Position numbers and translations under genes: made by a program. The notes beneath the pieces were generated by a model. That model had not been told where the DNA came from and did no database searches. It worked only from the letters and a program-made list of their open reading frames with translations. A stretch of 44,959 nt of DNA from Bacillota bacterium (lineage in GTDB: Bacteria > Bacillota > JACPQU01). Position 1 is the stretch's first letter. Every line of letters starts with the position of its first letter. Positions 16,839 to 25,495 of the stretch are shown here, piece after piece. The stretch is taken from positions 1 to 44,959 of the forward strand of contig JACPQU010000121.1 of assembly GCA_016190305.1 (NCBI GenBank), given 5' to 3'.

Positions 16839-16860
16839 GTTCCTATGTCCTTTCCAGCCT

Positions 16861-17631
16861 CTATACCCTCGGGATCTCGGCGATGGCCTTTCCCAACAGT
16901 TCGTCATGGGTGCGCAGGGCCCGTTGCACCGCCTGGTAGGCCCGTTGACCGGCCATCAGGGAAACCATCTCTCGGAGCAGGTCGACATTGGACAGCTCCA
17001 CCGCTCCCTGAACCATCCCGGCTTCGGCCGGGAAGGGATTCCCCGCCCGTCCACGGCCGTACAAGCCCTCGCCTTCCGGCGACAATCCCTCGGGGGCCGG
17101 GAAATCCACGACCAGGATCCGATCCACCGCCGCACCCCCGGCGGTAACCGTTCCATCCGGTTCCACCTCGAAGGGGCCGCCCGGGATAATGGGGCCCTTT
17201 TCCCCCATCAGGAGATAACCGCCGGGGGTGACCAGCCTCCCCTGGCCGTCCAGTTGAAAGTCCCCGCGCCTGGTGTAAAGGCTTCCCCGGGGACCCGCCT
17301 CCACCACGAAAAACCCTGCACCGTCCAGGGCCAGGTCCTCCGGCCGCCCGGTATGATCGATCCCCCCCTGGGAGTTGCTGAGCTCCGGCTCCTCCAGGAT
17401 GGCCCCCAGGCCGGGAGCGCGCAGGAAAACTGTTTCACCCCAGCCCAACCGGCTTGACCATTCCGAGCGGCCCGCCCCCCCAGCATTGAGAATCGCGTCC
17501 GCGAAAGACCGCTGGGGAACCTCCGCTCGCCGGAAACCGGCGGTTCCCCAGTTAGCCACGTTTCCGGCCGCCGCGTCAATCCTGGAGAAATGAACCAGAA
17601 TCCCCGAAGCCGCCGTATAGAACCCCCGCAT
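16861..17631 (-). CDS. Flagellar basal-body rod protein, FlgF/FlgG family
   Basis: N-terminus MRGFYTAASGIL...AAGNVANWGTAGFRR. C-terminus LSNVDLLREMVSLMAGQRAYQAVQRALRTHDELL. It is the only FlgF/G-type gene in the window. Confidence 0.9.
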   Translation of the reverse strand: MRGFYTAASGILVHFSRIDAAAGNVANWGTAGFRRAEVPQRSFADAILNAGGAGRSEWSSRLGWGETVFLRAPGLGAILEEPELSNSQGGIDHTGRPEDLALDGAGFFVVEAGPRGSLYTRRGDFQLDGQGRLVTPGGYLLMGEKGPIIPGGPFEVEPDGTVTAGGAAVDRILVVDFPAPEGLSPEGEGLYGRGRAGNPFPAEAGMVQGAVELSNVDLLREMVSLMAGQRAYQAVQRALRTHDELLGKAIAEIPRV

Positions 17632-17740
17632 CGTGTCACCATCCTCTCCTGGCCTCGGGACTCAGGATGCTTTGATCCCGGCCCCAGCCCCCGCCCCTTC
17701 GATGATCCCGCCCGCCGCGCAGCCCGCTTCCCGCCGGCGC

Positions 17741-18193
17741 CTAGCCCGTCACATCCAGATGCTTTCCCTTGCCTGCGCCGGGATCGTCCTCCCTGGGGGA
17801 GTTGTCATGCTCCATCTGCTGTTGTATCGCGTCCGCCGGGACCGGTCCGGTTCCGCCGTCCCGGCCGGGATCCGATCCTTCCGGATATGGGCGCTCCATC
17901 CCGGGACGCCGGCGGAATCCATGGCCCGGGCTGGAACCCTCCTTCCGCCTGGAGCCTTTCTTCCGCTTCGAGCCGTCCCTCCGCTGGGGGCTTTCCCCAT
18001 CCTTTCGGGAAGGCTCCCTGGGGGTGGATGTCCCCCCGGGACCGGGAACCCTGGCCCGCTGCTGCAGAGAGTCCTGCCGGAACTCCGCCGCCGCCTGCTG
18101 CTGGACGACCCGGGCCGCCTGGTTCTGGTTTTCCTGGATCTTTCCGACCTCCGGCGCCCCTCTGAACAGCGTCTGCCAGTCGATGGATTTCAT
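17741..18193 (-). CDS. Hypothetical basic, largely disordered 150-aa protein
   Basis: ATGA start/stop overlap with the upstream FapA gene argues that this frame is the translated one among three overlapping ORFs. N-terminus MKSIDWQTLFRGAPEVGKIQENQNQAARVVQQQAAAEF, followed by an R/K/G/P/S-rich tail. Confidence 0.5.
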   Translation of the reverse strand: MKSIDWQTLFRGAPEVGKIQENQNQAARVVQQQAAAEFRQDSLQQRARVPGPGGTSTPREPSRKDGESPQRRDGSKRKKGSRRKEGSSPGHGFRRRPGMERPYPEGSDPGRDGGTGPVPADAIQQQMEHDNSPREDDPGAGKGKHLDVTG

Positions 18194-19125
18194 CGGGAAG
18201 AACCGTCCTCACCGAGACCGCCTGCGTCAGCGCCGTCCCGGCCACGCCGCCAGCCGCCGACGGGCGTCATCGCCACCTCACCGCTTTCCTCCAAGAAGGT
18301 CAGCCTGATGTCCCTGAGTTCATCCTGGACAAAGAGATAACCCCATCCCACCGTGGCCCTCACCCCCGGGTGGATGCGGGCCCCATCGATCCAGCCCCTC
18401 GCACCCCTGGCGAGGCGATCCCGGATCTCATGTTCCCTCGCTTCCAGCCCCCCGAGGGCGGCAAGGAGGGTCAGCCGCTCCTTGACCTGTTCCAGCAAGC
18501 CTCCCCTCTGGTCGGGACCGAGGGTCCCCGCCCTCTCCCTCTCCTTGAGCACTGCGATTGCCTCTCCGACAAACTTCAATTTTGCCTTGGATCGTTGCGC
18601 CTCGTCCCGGAGAGCATACAGCTCTTCCCGAAACTCCGGCAGGACGCCGACCTCCAGGATCGTGGCCGTAGCGAGGGCCGACCCGATCTCCCGGGCCGCG
18701 AGGTGGAGTCCCGACCTCACGCTCCCCCCGACCAGGAGCCCTTTCCCGGAGGTGACCCGGATCCACCCGTTCACCGAAAGCTCACAGTGCATCACCGATT
18801 CCGCCTCCAGGTTTCCCCCCACCGATACCCTCACGTTCTCAAGGAACCTGGCACGGAGCGAACCGGCGGCCTTGATCTTTCCGGTCGAGCCTCCCCTGAT
18901 GCCTCCCCCCACCGTTACCCGCCCGCCGGATTCAAGGGCGCTGTCCTCCACCATCCCCGCCACATTGACATCACCGGCGGCAACCAGGACACTCCCCATC
19001 CGCAGGGAGCCTCCGATCCGGACCGGCCCGTCGTGCCGGCAGGGGGATTCGCGGGGACCCAGGTCTCCGGCCAGTTCCATCAAGCCATCCTCGCACCATC
19101 CGGATGCCCGCTCGACCGTCACCAC
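18190..19125 (-). CDS. FapA / DUF342 family protein (short form, 311 aa)
   Basis: Beta-helix-like repeats (VAAGDVNVAGMVEDSALESGGRVTVGGGIRGG..IKAAGSLRARFLENVRVSVGGNLEAES) followed by a coiled coil (LRDEAQRSKAKLKFVGEAIAVLKERE). Overlaps the sigD stop by 7 nt. A DUF342 gene after sigD is common in Firmicutes. Confidence 0.8.
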   Translation of the reverse strand: MVTVERASGWCEDGLMELAGDLGPRESPCRHDGPVRIGGSLRMGSVLVAAGDVNVAGMVEDSALESGGRVTVGGGIRGGSTGKIKAAGSLRARFLENVRVSVGGNLEAESVMHCELSVNGWIRVTSGKGLLVGGSVRSGLHLAAREIGSALATATILEVGVLPEFREELYALRDEAQRSKAKLKFVGEAIAVLKERERAGTLGPDQRGGLLEQVKERLTLLAALGGLEAREHEIRDRLARGARGWIDGARIHPGVRATVGWGYLFVQDELRDIRLTFLEESGEVAMTPVGGWRRGRDGADAGGLGEDGSSR

Positions 19126-19916
19126 AGGACATCCTCCAGCGCCCCAAGACGGCCCCTCAGCCTGAGCACCGCCTGGCTGTGCAACTGGGAGATCCGCGAC
19201 TGGGACACCTCGAGGACGGCGGCCACCTCTTTGGCCGTCAACCCCTCGTAGTAGTAGAGGGTGAGCACCAGGCGCTCACGTTCCGGAAGGGCCGCGATCG
19301 CCTCCGCCAGGAGCCTTTTTCGATCCTCGAACTCAGCAATGGCTTCAGGAGCGGGAGAGTTCGTATCGGGGATCCCGTCGATCACCCGGACCGGCTCGCC
19401 GTCTCCCCCTTCCGATTCCGGCCAGAGCTCGTCCAGTGAAATGAGGGCGCAGGCACTCAGCTTGCCTAGGATTTCCCTCAGCTTCTCGACGGTGACCCCC
19501 AGTTCCGCGGCCACCTCTTCCTCCGATGCCGGCCGCCCCAGGTGCTGCTCCAGCCCGGCGTAGACTTTTTCCAGTTGCCGTGCACGGTACCGCACGCTGG
19601 ACGGGATCCAATCCAGGGAACGCAGGCCGTCCAGCATTGCCCCCCGGATCCGGGCCAGCGCATAAGTCTCGAAACGCGCTCCCCGCTCCCATTCGTAGCG
19701 TTCGATGGCCTCCATCAGGCCGAAAATCCCCCAACTGAAAAGGTCCTGCGTCTCGATGTGAGGCGGCAGACCCATGGCCAGGCGCCCGGCCACGTGCTTC
19801 ACCAGCGGCACGTGTTGGAGGATGAGCTTTTCACGCAGGTCCGGATCGCGGTTGCGCTGGTACTCCGCCCACTTGTCTTTGCTTCTGCTGACCACTTCTT
19901 CCAGGATCTTGACCAA
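19119..19916 (-). CDS. fliA: Flagellar sigma factor sigma-28 (FliA/SigD/WhiG family)
   Basis: Region 2: LILQHVPLVKHVAGRL..DLFSWGIFGLMEAIERYE..FETYALARIRGAMLDGLR. Region 4: LPERERLVLTLYYYEGLTAKEVAAVLEVSQSRISQLHSQAVLRLR. Confidence 0.96.
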   Translation of the reverse strand: MVKILEEVVSRSKDKWAEYQRNRDPDLREKLILQHVPLVKHVAGRLAMGLPPHIETQDLFSWGIFGLMEAIERYEWERGARFETYALARIRGAMLDGLRSLDWIPSSVRYRARQLEKVYAGLEQHLGRPASEEEVAAELGVTVEKLREILGKLSACALISLDELWPESEGGDGEPVRVIDGIPDTNSPAPEAIAEFEDRKRLLAEAIAALPERERLVLTLYYYEGLTAKEVAAVLEVSQSRISQLHSQAVLRLRGRLGALEDVLW

Positions 19917-19943
19917 GGGCTTTCCCTCCTCTTCCCCCGCTGC

Positions 19944-20771
19944 TCAGCGTAGTCCCATCCGTTTCTGCCTCACCTCCTCGTGGAAAACGAAGTGCACCAA
20001 GCGGTCCTCCAGCCGCGGCGGCACATCCTGAAAGGATAGGGCGAAGGCGGTGACCCCGCCCGACCCCGCTGGATCCCCGACAGCCCGGAGGACCAGGGCT
20101 GCGAGTTCAACCGGTTCCGGCTGGAACTCGAGCCGGAGGCGCAGACGCGCGCCCGGTGCCAGAATTGCCCCGGTCAGGATGCATGCCCCGCCGGCGCTGA
20201 GGTCCCTGGTGGTCCCGCGCTCCAGCAGAAGCGCCCCGGGCAGGTCGGCGCCGAAGCGCACCGGAATCGATACGTCCACCCGAACGTGCTGTCTCCGCTG
20301 GATGCGGATGTGAAATTCCGGCCGGCTCATGGCCACCGCGGGGATCGGTTCCCGAACCTGTTCCACCAACCGGGTCTCAAAATTGTACCTGGCAACCCGA
20401 TCCGCATAATCCACCTTCACCGGGGACCCCGCCGGCCCCAGATCCACGACCTTACCCCTGTTCAGAGGAGCGCTGAAGAGGATCACGTCTTTCTCCAGAT
20501 TCTCCACCCGGCACAGGAAGCGAATCCCTTCCAGCGCCTCCTGTTCCAGAAAAACAGCCTGTCCGATATCCATGGGAGGACTCCCCTCCACGGCTTCCGG
20601 GGATGGCAGCGACGGTCCCGCATGCTCGAGGGCCTCCTCGATCTGTTCGTGCTCCCCGTTTTGGCTTGCGTGTTCAATGATCCGGCCTTCGTCCTCCCCG
20701 GTGCCCGGTTCATCTCCGCGCCGATCCGGTCGGGGAGATGCTTTCCTCAGCAACCCCAGCCCCTTGAGCAT
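19944..20771 (-). CDS. PilZ-domain c-di-GMP receptor, YcgR/MotI(DgrA)-like (PilZN plus PilZ)
   Basis: Canonical RxxxR (QRRQHVRV, about nt 20283-20303) and D/NxSxxG (TRDLSAGGACI, about nt 20186-20210) motifs. The track ORF extends to 20816. The ATG at 20771 has GGGAGGGGG 7 nt upstream; the ATG at 20573 is an alternative start. Overlaps the flhF 3' end. Confidence 0.85.
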   Translation of the reverse strand: MLKGLGLLRKASPRPDRRGDEPGTGEDEGRIIEHASQNGEHEQIEEALEHAGPSLPSPEAVEGSPPMDIGQAVFLEQEALEGIRFLCRVENLEKDVILFSAPLNRGKVVDLGPAGSPVKVDYADRVARYNFETRLVEQVREPIPAVAMSRPEFHIRIQRRQHVRVDVSIPVRFGADLPGALLLERGTTRDLSAGGACILTGAILAPGARLRLRLEFQPEPVELAALVLRAVGDPAGSGGVTAFALSFQDVPPRLEDRLVHFVFHEEVRQKRMGLR

Positions 20772-22098
20772 CCCCGTACCCCCTCCCGTCATTGAACATT
20801 GAACTCTCGAACGCACTGATGCCGTCTTGGAAGGCCTGGGGCCCGGCCGGACCTTTCAACCGGGTTTCCAGGCCGCAGATCCTCTCCCCCAACCGTCCCA
20901 GGATGATCCCAGTGTCGGCCGGCTGGAGATCCTCACCGATTCTCCTGCCGGAGGACAGGTAGTAAACCGGGCAACCCAGGGCTCCGGTGAGATCGAAGAG
21001 CAGGTCCGCCCACCTCAAGGTCTCATCCAAACGGGTGAGGACGATCCCCTGGACCCCGGCCGGCTTGACGAACGAGGACCAGGCCTCTGCGCCGGCCTCG
21101 AAGGCAATCGTGCCGGGCAACACGAGGAGGGAAAGATCCGTGGGGAGCTTCTCCAGGAAAGCCCCCAAGCGGCCCAGTTCGTGGGGGTTGAGGGGGGAAC
21201 ATCCGGGTGTGTCCACGATCACGGCATCCACCCCCTCCCACCTCTCCAGCAGCGCGGGGATTTGACCCGGGTGAAAAACCTTCCGGGCCGGGATCCCCCT
21301 GAGCCCCGCTTCTCGAACCACGAGGGAGGAGCCGCGGCGTCCCGCCGGATCGAGTTCCATCAGGGCGACCCGGAGACCCAGTTCGTTTCGGAAGTGGGCG
21401 GCCAGGCCGAGGGCCGCCGTGGTCTTTCCGGTGCCGGCGGGCCCGACCAGGGTAAGAATAAAGCGGCGGCCCCGCTCGGGTCTGGGAGGGTCGCCGACAA
21501 GCAGTCCCCGGCACTCGTCCGGTTCCGCCGTTTTTGTACCCGTTTCCGCGGGCTTTCTGTCCGATGCCATATGCTTCACATGCCCTCCGGATGGCTTCAG
21601 TCGCGTTTCGGCGGATTCCATATCCGCGGATTCCATGTCCGATCCGGCGGATTTCGCACCGATCTCGTGGCGTACCCCTTCGTGCCCGCGACCAACCGAG
21701 ATGAGCAGGTCTTCGAACGGAAAGGGTTGGACCCCGCTGCCGGGAGACGAGCCGTTGCCGGGCAGATGCCTTTCGCCGCTTGAACAGCCCTCATCGGGCA
21801 AGTCCCCGCCCGGCGGCGACCCCTCCACCAGGACGTTCAGCCCACCGTGGGAATATCCGCCGGACTGTTCACCGGATTTCCCAGCGGACTTGCCACCGGG
21901 CTCCGCATCCGGCTTGCCTCCTGGCCCTTCCTCATCCACCCCGGCGACCACCTCGACCAGGTTCCGGCCGAGCAGCCCATCCACGCCGCCGGACCGGGCG
22001 CTCCTGGCGTGCAGGATCACCGCCTCCGGGCCCATCTCCAGCCTGACCATCCGCACCGCGTCTTCCAGGGCGGAAGCCCTGAACTTCTTGACCCTCAA
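20710..22098 (-). CDS. flhF: Flagellar biosynthesis GTPase FlhF (divergent)
   Basis: N-terminus MRVKKFRASALEDAVRMVRLEMGPEAVILH (FlhF B-domain start). SRP-type G motifs GPAGTGKTT, DTPG and TRLDET. TTGA start/stop overlap with flhA. Confidence 0.88.
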   Translation of the reverse strand: MRVKKFRASALEDAVRMVRLEMGPEAVILHARSARSGGVDGLLGRNLVEVVAGVDEEGPGGKPDAEPGGKSAGKSGEQSGGYSHGGLNVLVEGSPPGGDLPDEGCSSGERHLPGNGSSPGSGVQPFPFEDLLISVGRGHEGVRHEIGAKSAGSDMESADMESAETRLKPSGGHVKHMASDRKPAETGTKTAEPDECRGLLVGDPPRPERGRRFILTLVGPAGTGKTTAALGLAAHFRNELGLRVALMELDPAGRRGSSLVVREAGLRGIPARKVFHPGQIPALLERWEGVDAVIVDTPGCSPLNPHELGRLGAFLEKLPTDLSLLVLPGTIAFEAGAEAWSSFVKPAGVQGIVLTRLDETLRWADLLFDLTGALGCPVYYLSSGRRIGEDLQPADTGIILGRLGERICGLETRLKGPAGPQAFQDGISAFESSMFNDGRGYGDAQGAGVAEESISPTGSARR

Positions 22099-24317
22099 AC
22101 CCGGCTCACCTCCTCCCTCGTTGACCGAGCCCGGTCGTACCCAGGCACATTGGGGGCAGCTCCCGCGGCAACTCCCACGCCAGCTCCCGCGGCACCCACG
22201 CCCACAACCCCCGTCGCGCCGGTTGCCGTAGCCCCTCCAACCCTGGCCCCCTGTTCTTCAATCTTGATCATCCCGGCGGTCCGGATCTCCATCTCCGGGA
22301 CCAGCTCCCCGTAGGACAGCACCGGCAGCCTGGGGGCCGCCCGCTCGGTCAGCTTCCTCAAATAGGGCCTGATCCGCGGTGAGCAGAGCACCAGGGGCTG
22401 TTTCCCCTCCCCGATGAACCGCCCGGTCTCCCGGGCCACCGCCCGTCCCAGCCGCTGAACCAGATCGGGATCCAGGGTGATCCGGGTCCCGGACTCATCC
22501 TGCTGGATCCCGGCGGAGATCCGCTCCTCCAGGGCGGGGTCGAGGATCAGGACGGCGGCGGAGTCGTCCCCCAGACCAACCCGCTCGGCGATCTGCCGCC
22601 GCAATGCTCTTCGGACATGCTCGGTCAGGATCTCGGGATCTTTCACCGCCGGGGCGTGGTCGGCCAGGGTCTCCAGGATCAGGGCTACGTTCCGGATGGG
22701 GATCCCCTCCCGGAGCAGGTTCCGGATCACCTTCTGCACGTCTCCCAGCCCCAGCTTGGCGGGCAGCAACTCTTCGACCACCGCCGGGTGCCGCTCCCGG
22801 ACCGAGTCCACCAGGGTCTGGACCTCCTGCCTGCCGACCAGCTCGTCGGCGTGACCCCGCACGATCTCGGTCAGGTGGGTGGCCAGGACCGTGGAGGGAT
22901 CCACCACGGTGCACCCGGCCAGTTCGGCCTCCTCCTTTTGCTCCCCGCTGACCCACAGGGCCGGCAGCCCGAACGCCGGATCCCGGGTCGTGACACCGTC
23001 GAGCCCCCTCTCCTCGATCTCCCCCATGGCCAAGTGATGTCCGGGGAGCAGCTCCCCCCCGGCCACCCGCACTCCGTGCAGCCGCACGGCGTACTCGTGG
23101 GGACGGAGCTGGACGTTGTCCCGGACCCGGATGGGCGGGACGACGATCCCCAGTTCCAGGGCCATCTGCTTCCGGAGCATGGCCACCCGCCGCAGGAAAT
23201 CGCCGCTGCTGCTGCCGTCGGCCAGGGAGAGGAGGCCGAAACCCAGCTCCACCTCCAGGGGATCCACCGGGATCAGGGGAAGGACACTCTCCGGACGGTG
23301 CCCGGAACCATCGGCCGCCGCCTGCTCTTCCTCGCGCGCCTCCTCCCGCTTCCGGCTCCTCCCCACGGTCATGGAGACGTACCCCAGCAGACCGGCGAGA
23401 GCCAGGAACGGCAGGCGGGGCAGGCCGGGGATCAGCCCCAGGAAGAGGAGCATCACGGCAGCGATCCCCAGCACCTTCGGACTGGCCCCCAGTTGCCGGA
23501 CCAGTTCCTGCCCCAGGTCGGCGTCGGAAGCCGCCCTGGTCACGATGATCCCGGTGGCGGTGGCGATCAGGAGGGCCGGGATCTGGCTGACCAGGCCGTC
23601 CCCCACCGTGAGGAGGGAGAAGGTGGCGAGGGCCTCGGAGATGCTCATTCCTTTCTGGAGCGTCCCCACCACCACGCCCCCGACGAGGTCGATGGCCAGG
23701 ATCAGCAAGCCGGCCACCGCGTCCCCCTTGATGAACTTGGCGGCCCCGTCCATGGCCCCGTAGAAGTCCGCCTCCCGCTCGATCTCCCTGCGCCGCCGGC
23801 GGGCCTCCTGGTCGTCGATCAGCCCAGCGTTGAGGTCGGCGTCGATGCTCATCTGCTTGCCGGGCATGGCATCCAGGGTGAACCGGGCGGCCACCTCCGC
23901 CACCCGCTCGGCGCCCCTGGTGATCACCACGAACTGGATGGTGACCAGGATCAGGAAGACGACGAAACCCACCACCGGATTGCCCCCGACCACGAATTCG
24001 CCGAACTGCCGGATCACCTCCCCGGCGTAGCCGTTCAGGAGGATCAGGCGGGTGCTTGAAACGTTGAGGGAAAGCCGGAGCAGGGTGGCCAAGAGCAGGA
24101 TCGTGGGGAAGATGGAAAGGTTGAGAGGCTCGCCGGTGTAGAAGGTGAGGAGAATGAGCACCAGGGCGAAGGCGAAGTTGAAGGCCAGGAAGAAGTCGAG
24201 CACCTGCGCCGGGAGGGGCAACACCATCATCACCACGATCAGGATCAGGGCCACCCCGATCAGGATGTCGGTATGGATCACCGAATGCGATGAAGAAGCC
24301 TTGCGATTCCCGCTCAA
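22095..24317 (-). CDS. flhA: Flagellar type III export gate protein FlhA
   Basis: FPTILLLATLLRLSLNVSSTRLIL, RFTLDAMPGKQMSIDADLNAG, FYGAMDGAAKFIKGDAVAG. 740 aa with a Gly/Ala/Val-rich C-terminal tail. Confidence 0.97.
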   Translation of the reverse strand: MSGNRKASSSHSVIHTDILIGVALILIVVMMVLPLPAQVLDFFLAFNFAFALVLILLTFYTGEPLNLSIFPTILLLATLLRLSLNVSSTRLILLNGYAGEVIRQFGEFVVGGNPVVGFVVFLILVTIQFVVITRGAERVAEVAARFTLDAMPGKQMSIDADLNAGLIDDQEARRRRREIEREADFYGAMDGAAKFIKGDAVAGLLILAIDLVGGVVVGTLQKGMSISEALATFSLLTVGDGLVSQIPALLIATATGIIVTRAASDADLGQELVRQLGASPKVLGIAAVMLLFLGLIPGLPRLPFLALAGLLGYVSMTVGRSRKREEAREEEQAAADGSGHRPESVLPLIPVDPLEVELGFGLLSLADGSSSGDFLRRVAMLRKQMALELGIVVPPIRVRDNVQLRPHEYAVRLHGVRVAGGELLPGHHLAMGEIEERGLDGVTTRDPAFGLPALWVSGEQKEEAELAGCTVVDPSTVLATHLTEIVRGHADELVGRQEVQTLVDSVRERHPAVVEELLPAKLGLGDVQKVIRNLLREGIPIRNVALILETLADHAPAVKDPEILTEHVRRALRRQIAERVGLGDDSAAVLILDPALEERISAGIQQDESGTRITLDPDLVQRLGRAVARETGRFIGEGKQPLVLCSPRIRPYLRKLTERAAPRLPVLSYGELVPEMEIRTAGMIKIEEQGARVGGATATGATGVVGVGAAGAGVGVAAGAAPNVPGYDRARSTREEVSRV

Positions 24318-25492
24318 CTATCACGCCTCCTTTCCGTTCCGGCGCGCATACTTGTGCGCAGGTCGGCACGTCCGCCGGTGGGTCTTGCGATATGCCCGCC
24401 GGTGAGTTTGGCGATACGCCCGCCGCGGGCGCGCATACCGGCGCGCTGCCCGATCTTATAGATGAAGGCCAGCACCTCGGCCACGGCCTGGTAGAGATCG
24501 ACGGGGATGGCGGTTCCGACTTCGGTTGAGGCGTAGAGCGCCCGGGCCAGGGCCTGCTCCGCCACCACCGGTACCCGGTGGATGCCGGCGAGGCGCCGGA
24601 TCAGGACGGCCAGGTAGCCTTTCCCCTTGGCCAGCACCAGCGGGGCGTCCATGGTGCTCTCGTCGTACCGCAGAGCCACCGCGTAGTGGACCGGGTTGAC
24701 GACCACCACGTCCGCGTCCCGCACCGCCGCCAGGTGACGGACCCGGGCCATCTCACGCTGCCTCCGCCGGACCCGGCTCCGGACCTGGGGCTGGCCCTCG
24801 GTCTCCTTGTACTCCTCCTTGACCTCTTCCCGGGTCATCCTCAAACCCTGCTCCATTTCCCACCGCCGGAAGAGGTAATCCAGGGCGCCGATGCCGAGGA
24901 GGACGAAACCTACCCGGAAGACAAGCTGCTTGGTGACCGCCCAGGCCCACGCTGCCGACACGGCCGGGGAGGTCTGGGCGAGATGAAGCGCTTCTTCCTG
25001 CCGGTTTCGGAGCAGCCCGTAGGCGGCCGTGCCCACCAGGACGATCTTCAGCAGGGCCTTGGCCGTCTCGACAAGGCTGCGCCGAGAAAACAGGCGCCGG
25101 GCCCCCGACAGCGGGTTCAGGCGGTCCCACACGGGCGCCAGGGGCCTGGCGCTGAAAAGGAACCCGCCCTGGACAAGCTGGGAGGCCGCCCCGATCCCCA
25201 CCCCCGCCGCAAGGAAGGGGAACGCGGCCGGGATCCAGACCTCCACGGCGTCCCGGAGCATCCCGGGCAGTTCGCCGATCCCCCAGTCCCGCCAGGGACC
25301 GGCCCAGGTACGCGCCGCGAACCGGGCTAAGGTCTCCGCCGCCCGGCCCCCGGCGAGGGACAGAAGGCCGGCGATCCCGAGGATCAGGACGGCCGACGAC
25401 AGCTCGCCGCTTCTGGCGACCTGGCCCCTTTGCCTGGCCTGCTCCCGCCTGCGCTGGGTGGCGGGCTCCCTCCGTTCGCCTTCCGAGTTCAA
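24314..25492 (-). CDS. flhB: Flagellar export switch protein FlhB
   Basis: EKREPATQRRREQARQRGQVARSGEL-type N-terminus. Autocleavage-site region VVVVNPVHYAVALRY (the NPTH motif reads NPVH here). TTGA-type overlap with flhA. Confidence 0.95.
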   Translation of the reverse strand: MNSEGERREPATQRRREQARQRGQVARSGELSSAVLILGIAGLLSLAGGRAAETLARFAARTWAGPWRDWGIGELPGMLRDAVEVWIPAAFPFLAAGVGIGAASQLVQGGFLFSARPLAPVWDRLNPLSGARRLFSRRSLVETAKALLKIVLVGTAAYGLLRNRQEEALHLAQTSPAVSAAWAWAVTKQLVFRVGFVLLGIGALDYLFRRWEMEQGLRMTREEVKEEYKETEGQPQVRSRVRRRQREMARVRHLAAVRDADVVVVNPVHYAVALRYDESTMDAPLVLAKGKGYLAVLIRRLAGIHRVPVVAEQALARALYASTEVGTAIPVDLYQAVAEVLAFIYKIGQRAGMRARGGRIAKLTGGHIARPTGGRADLRTSMRAGTERRRDS

Positions 25493-25495
25493 GAC

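Noticed and set aside
22495-24369. 624-aa minus-strand ORF overlapping flhA
   Set aside because: It is an alternate frame of the unmistakable FlhA gene. The product is an Arg/Gly/Pro-rich nonsense sequence typical of off-frame reading in GC-rich DNA.
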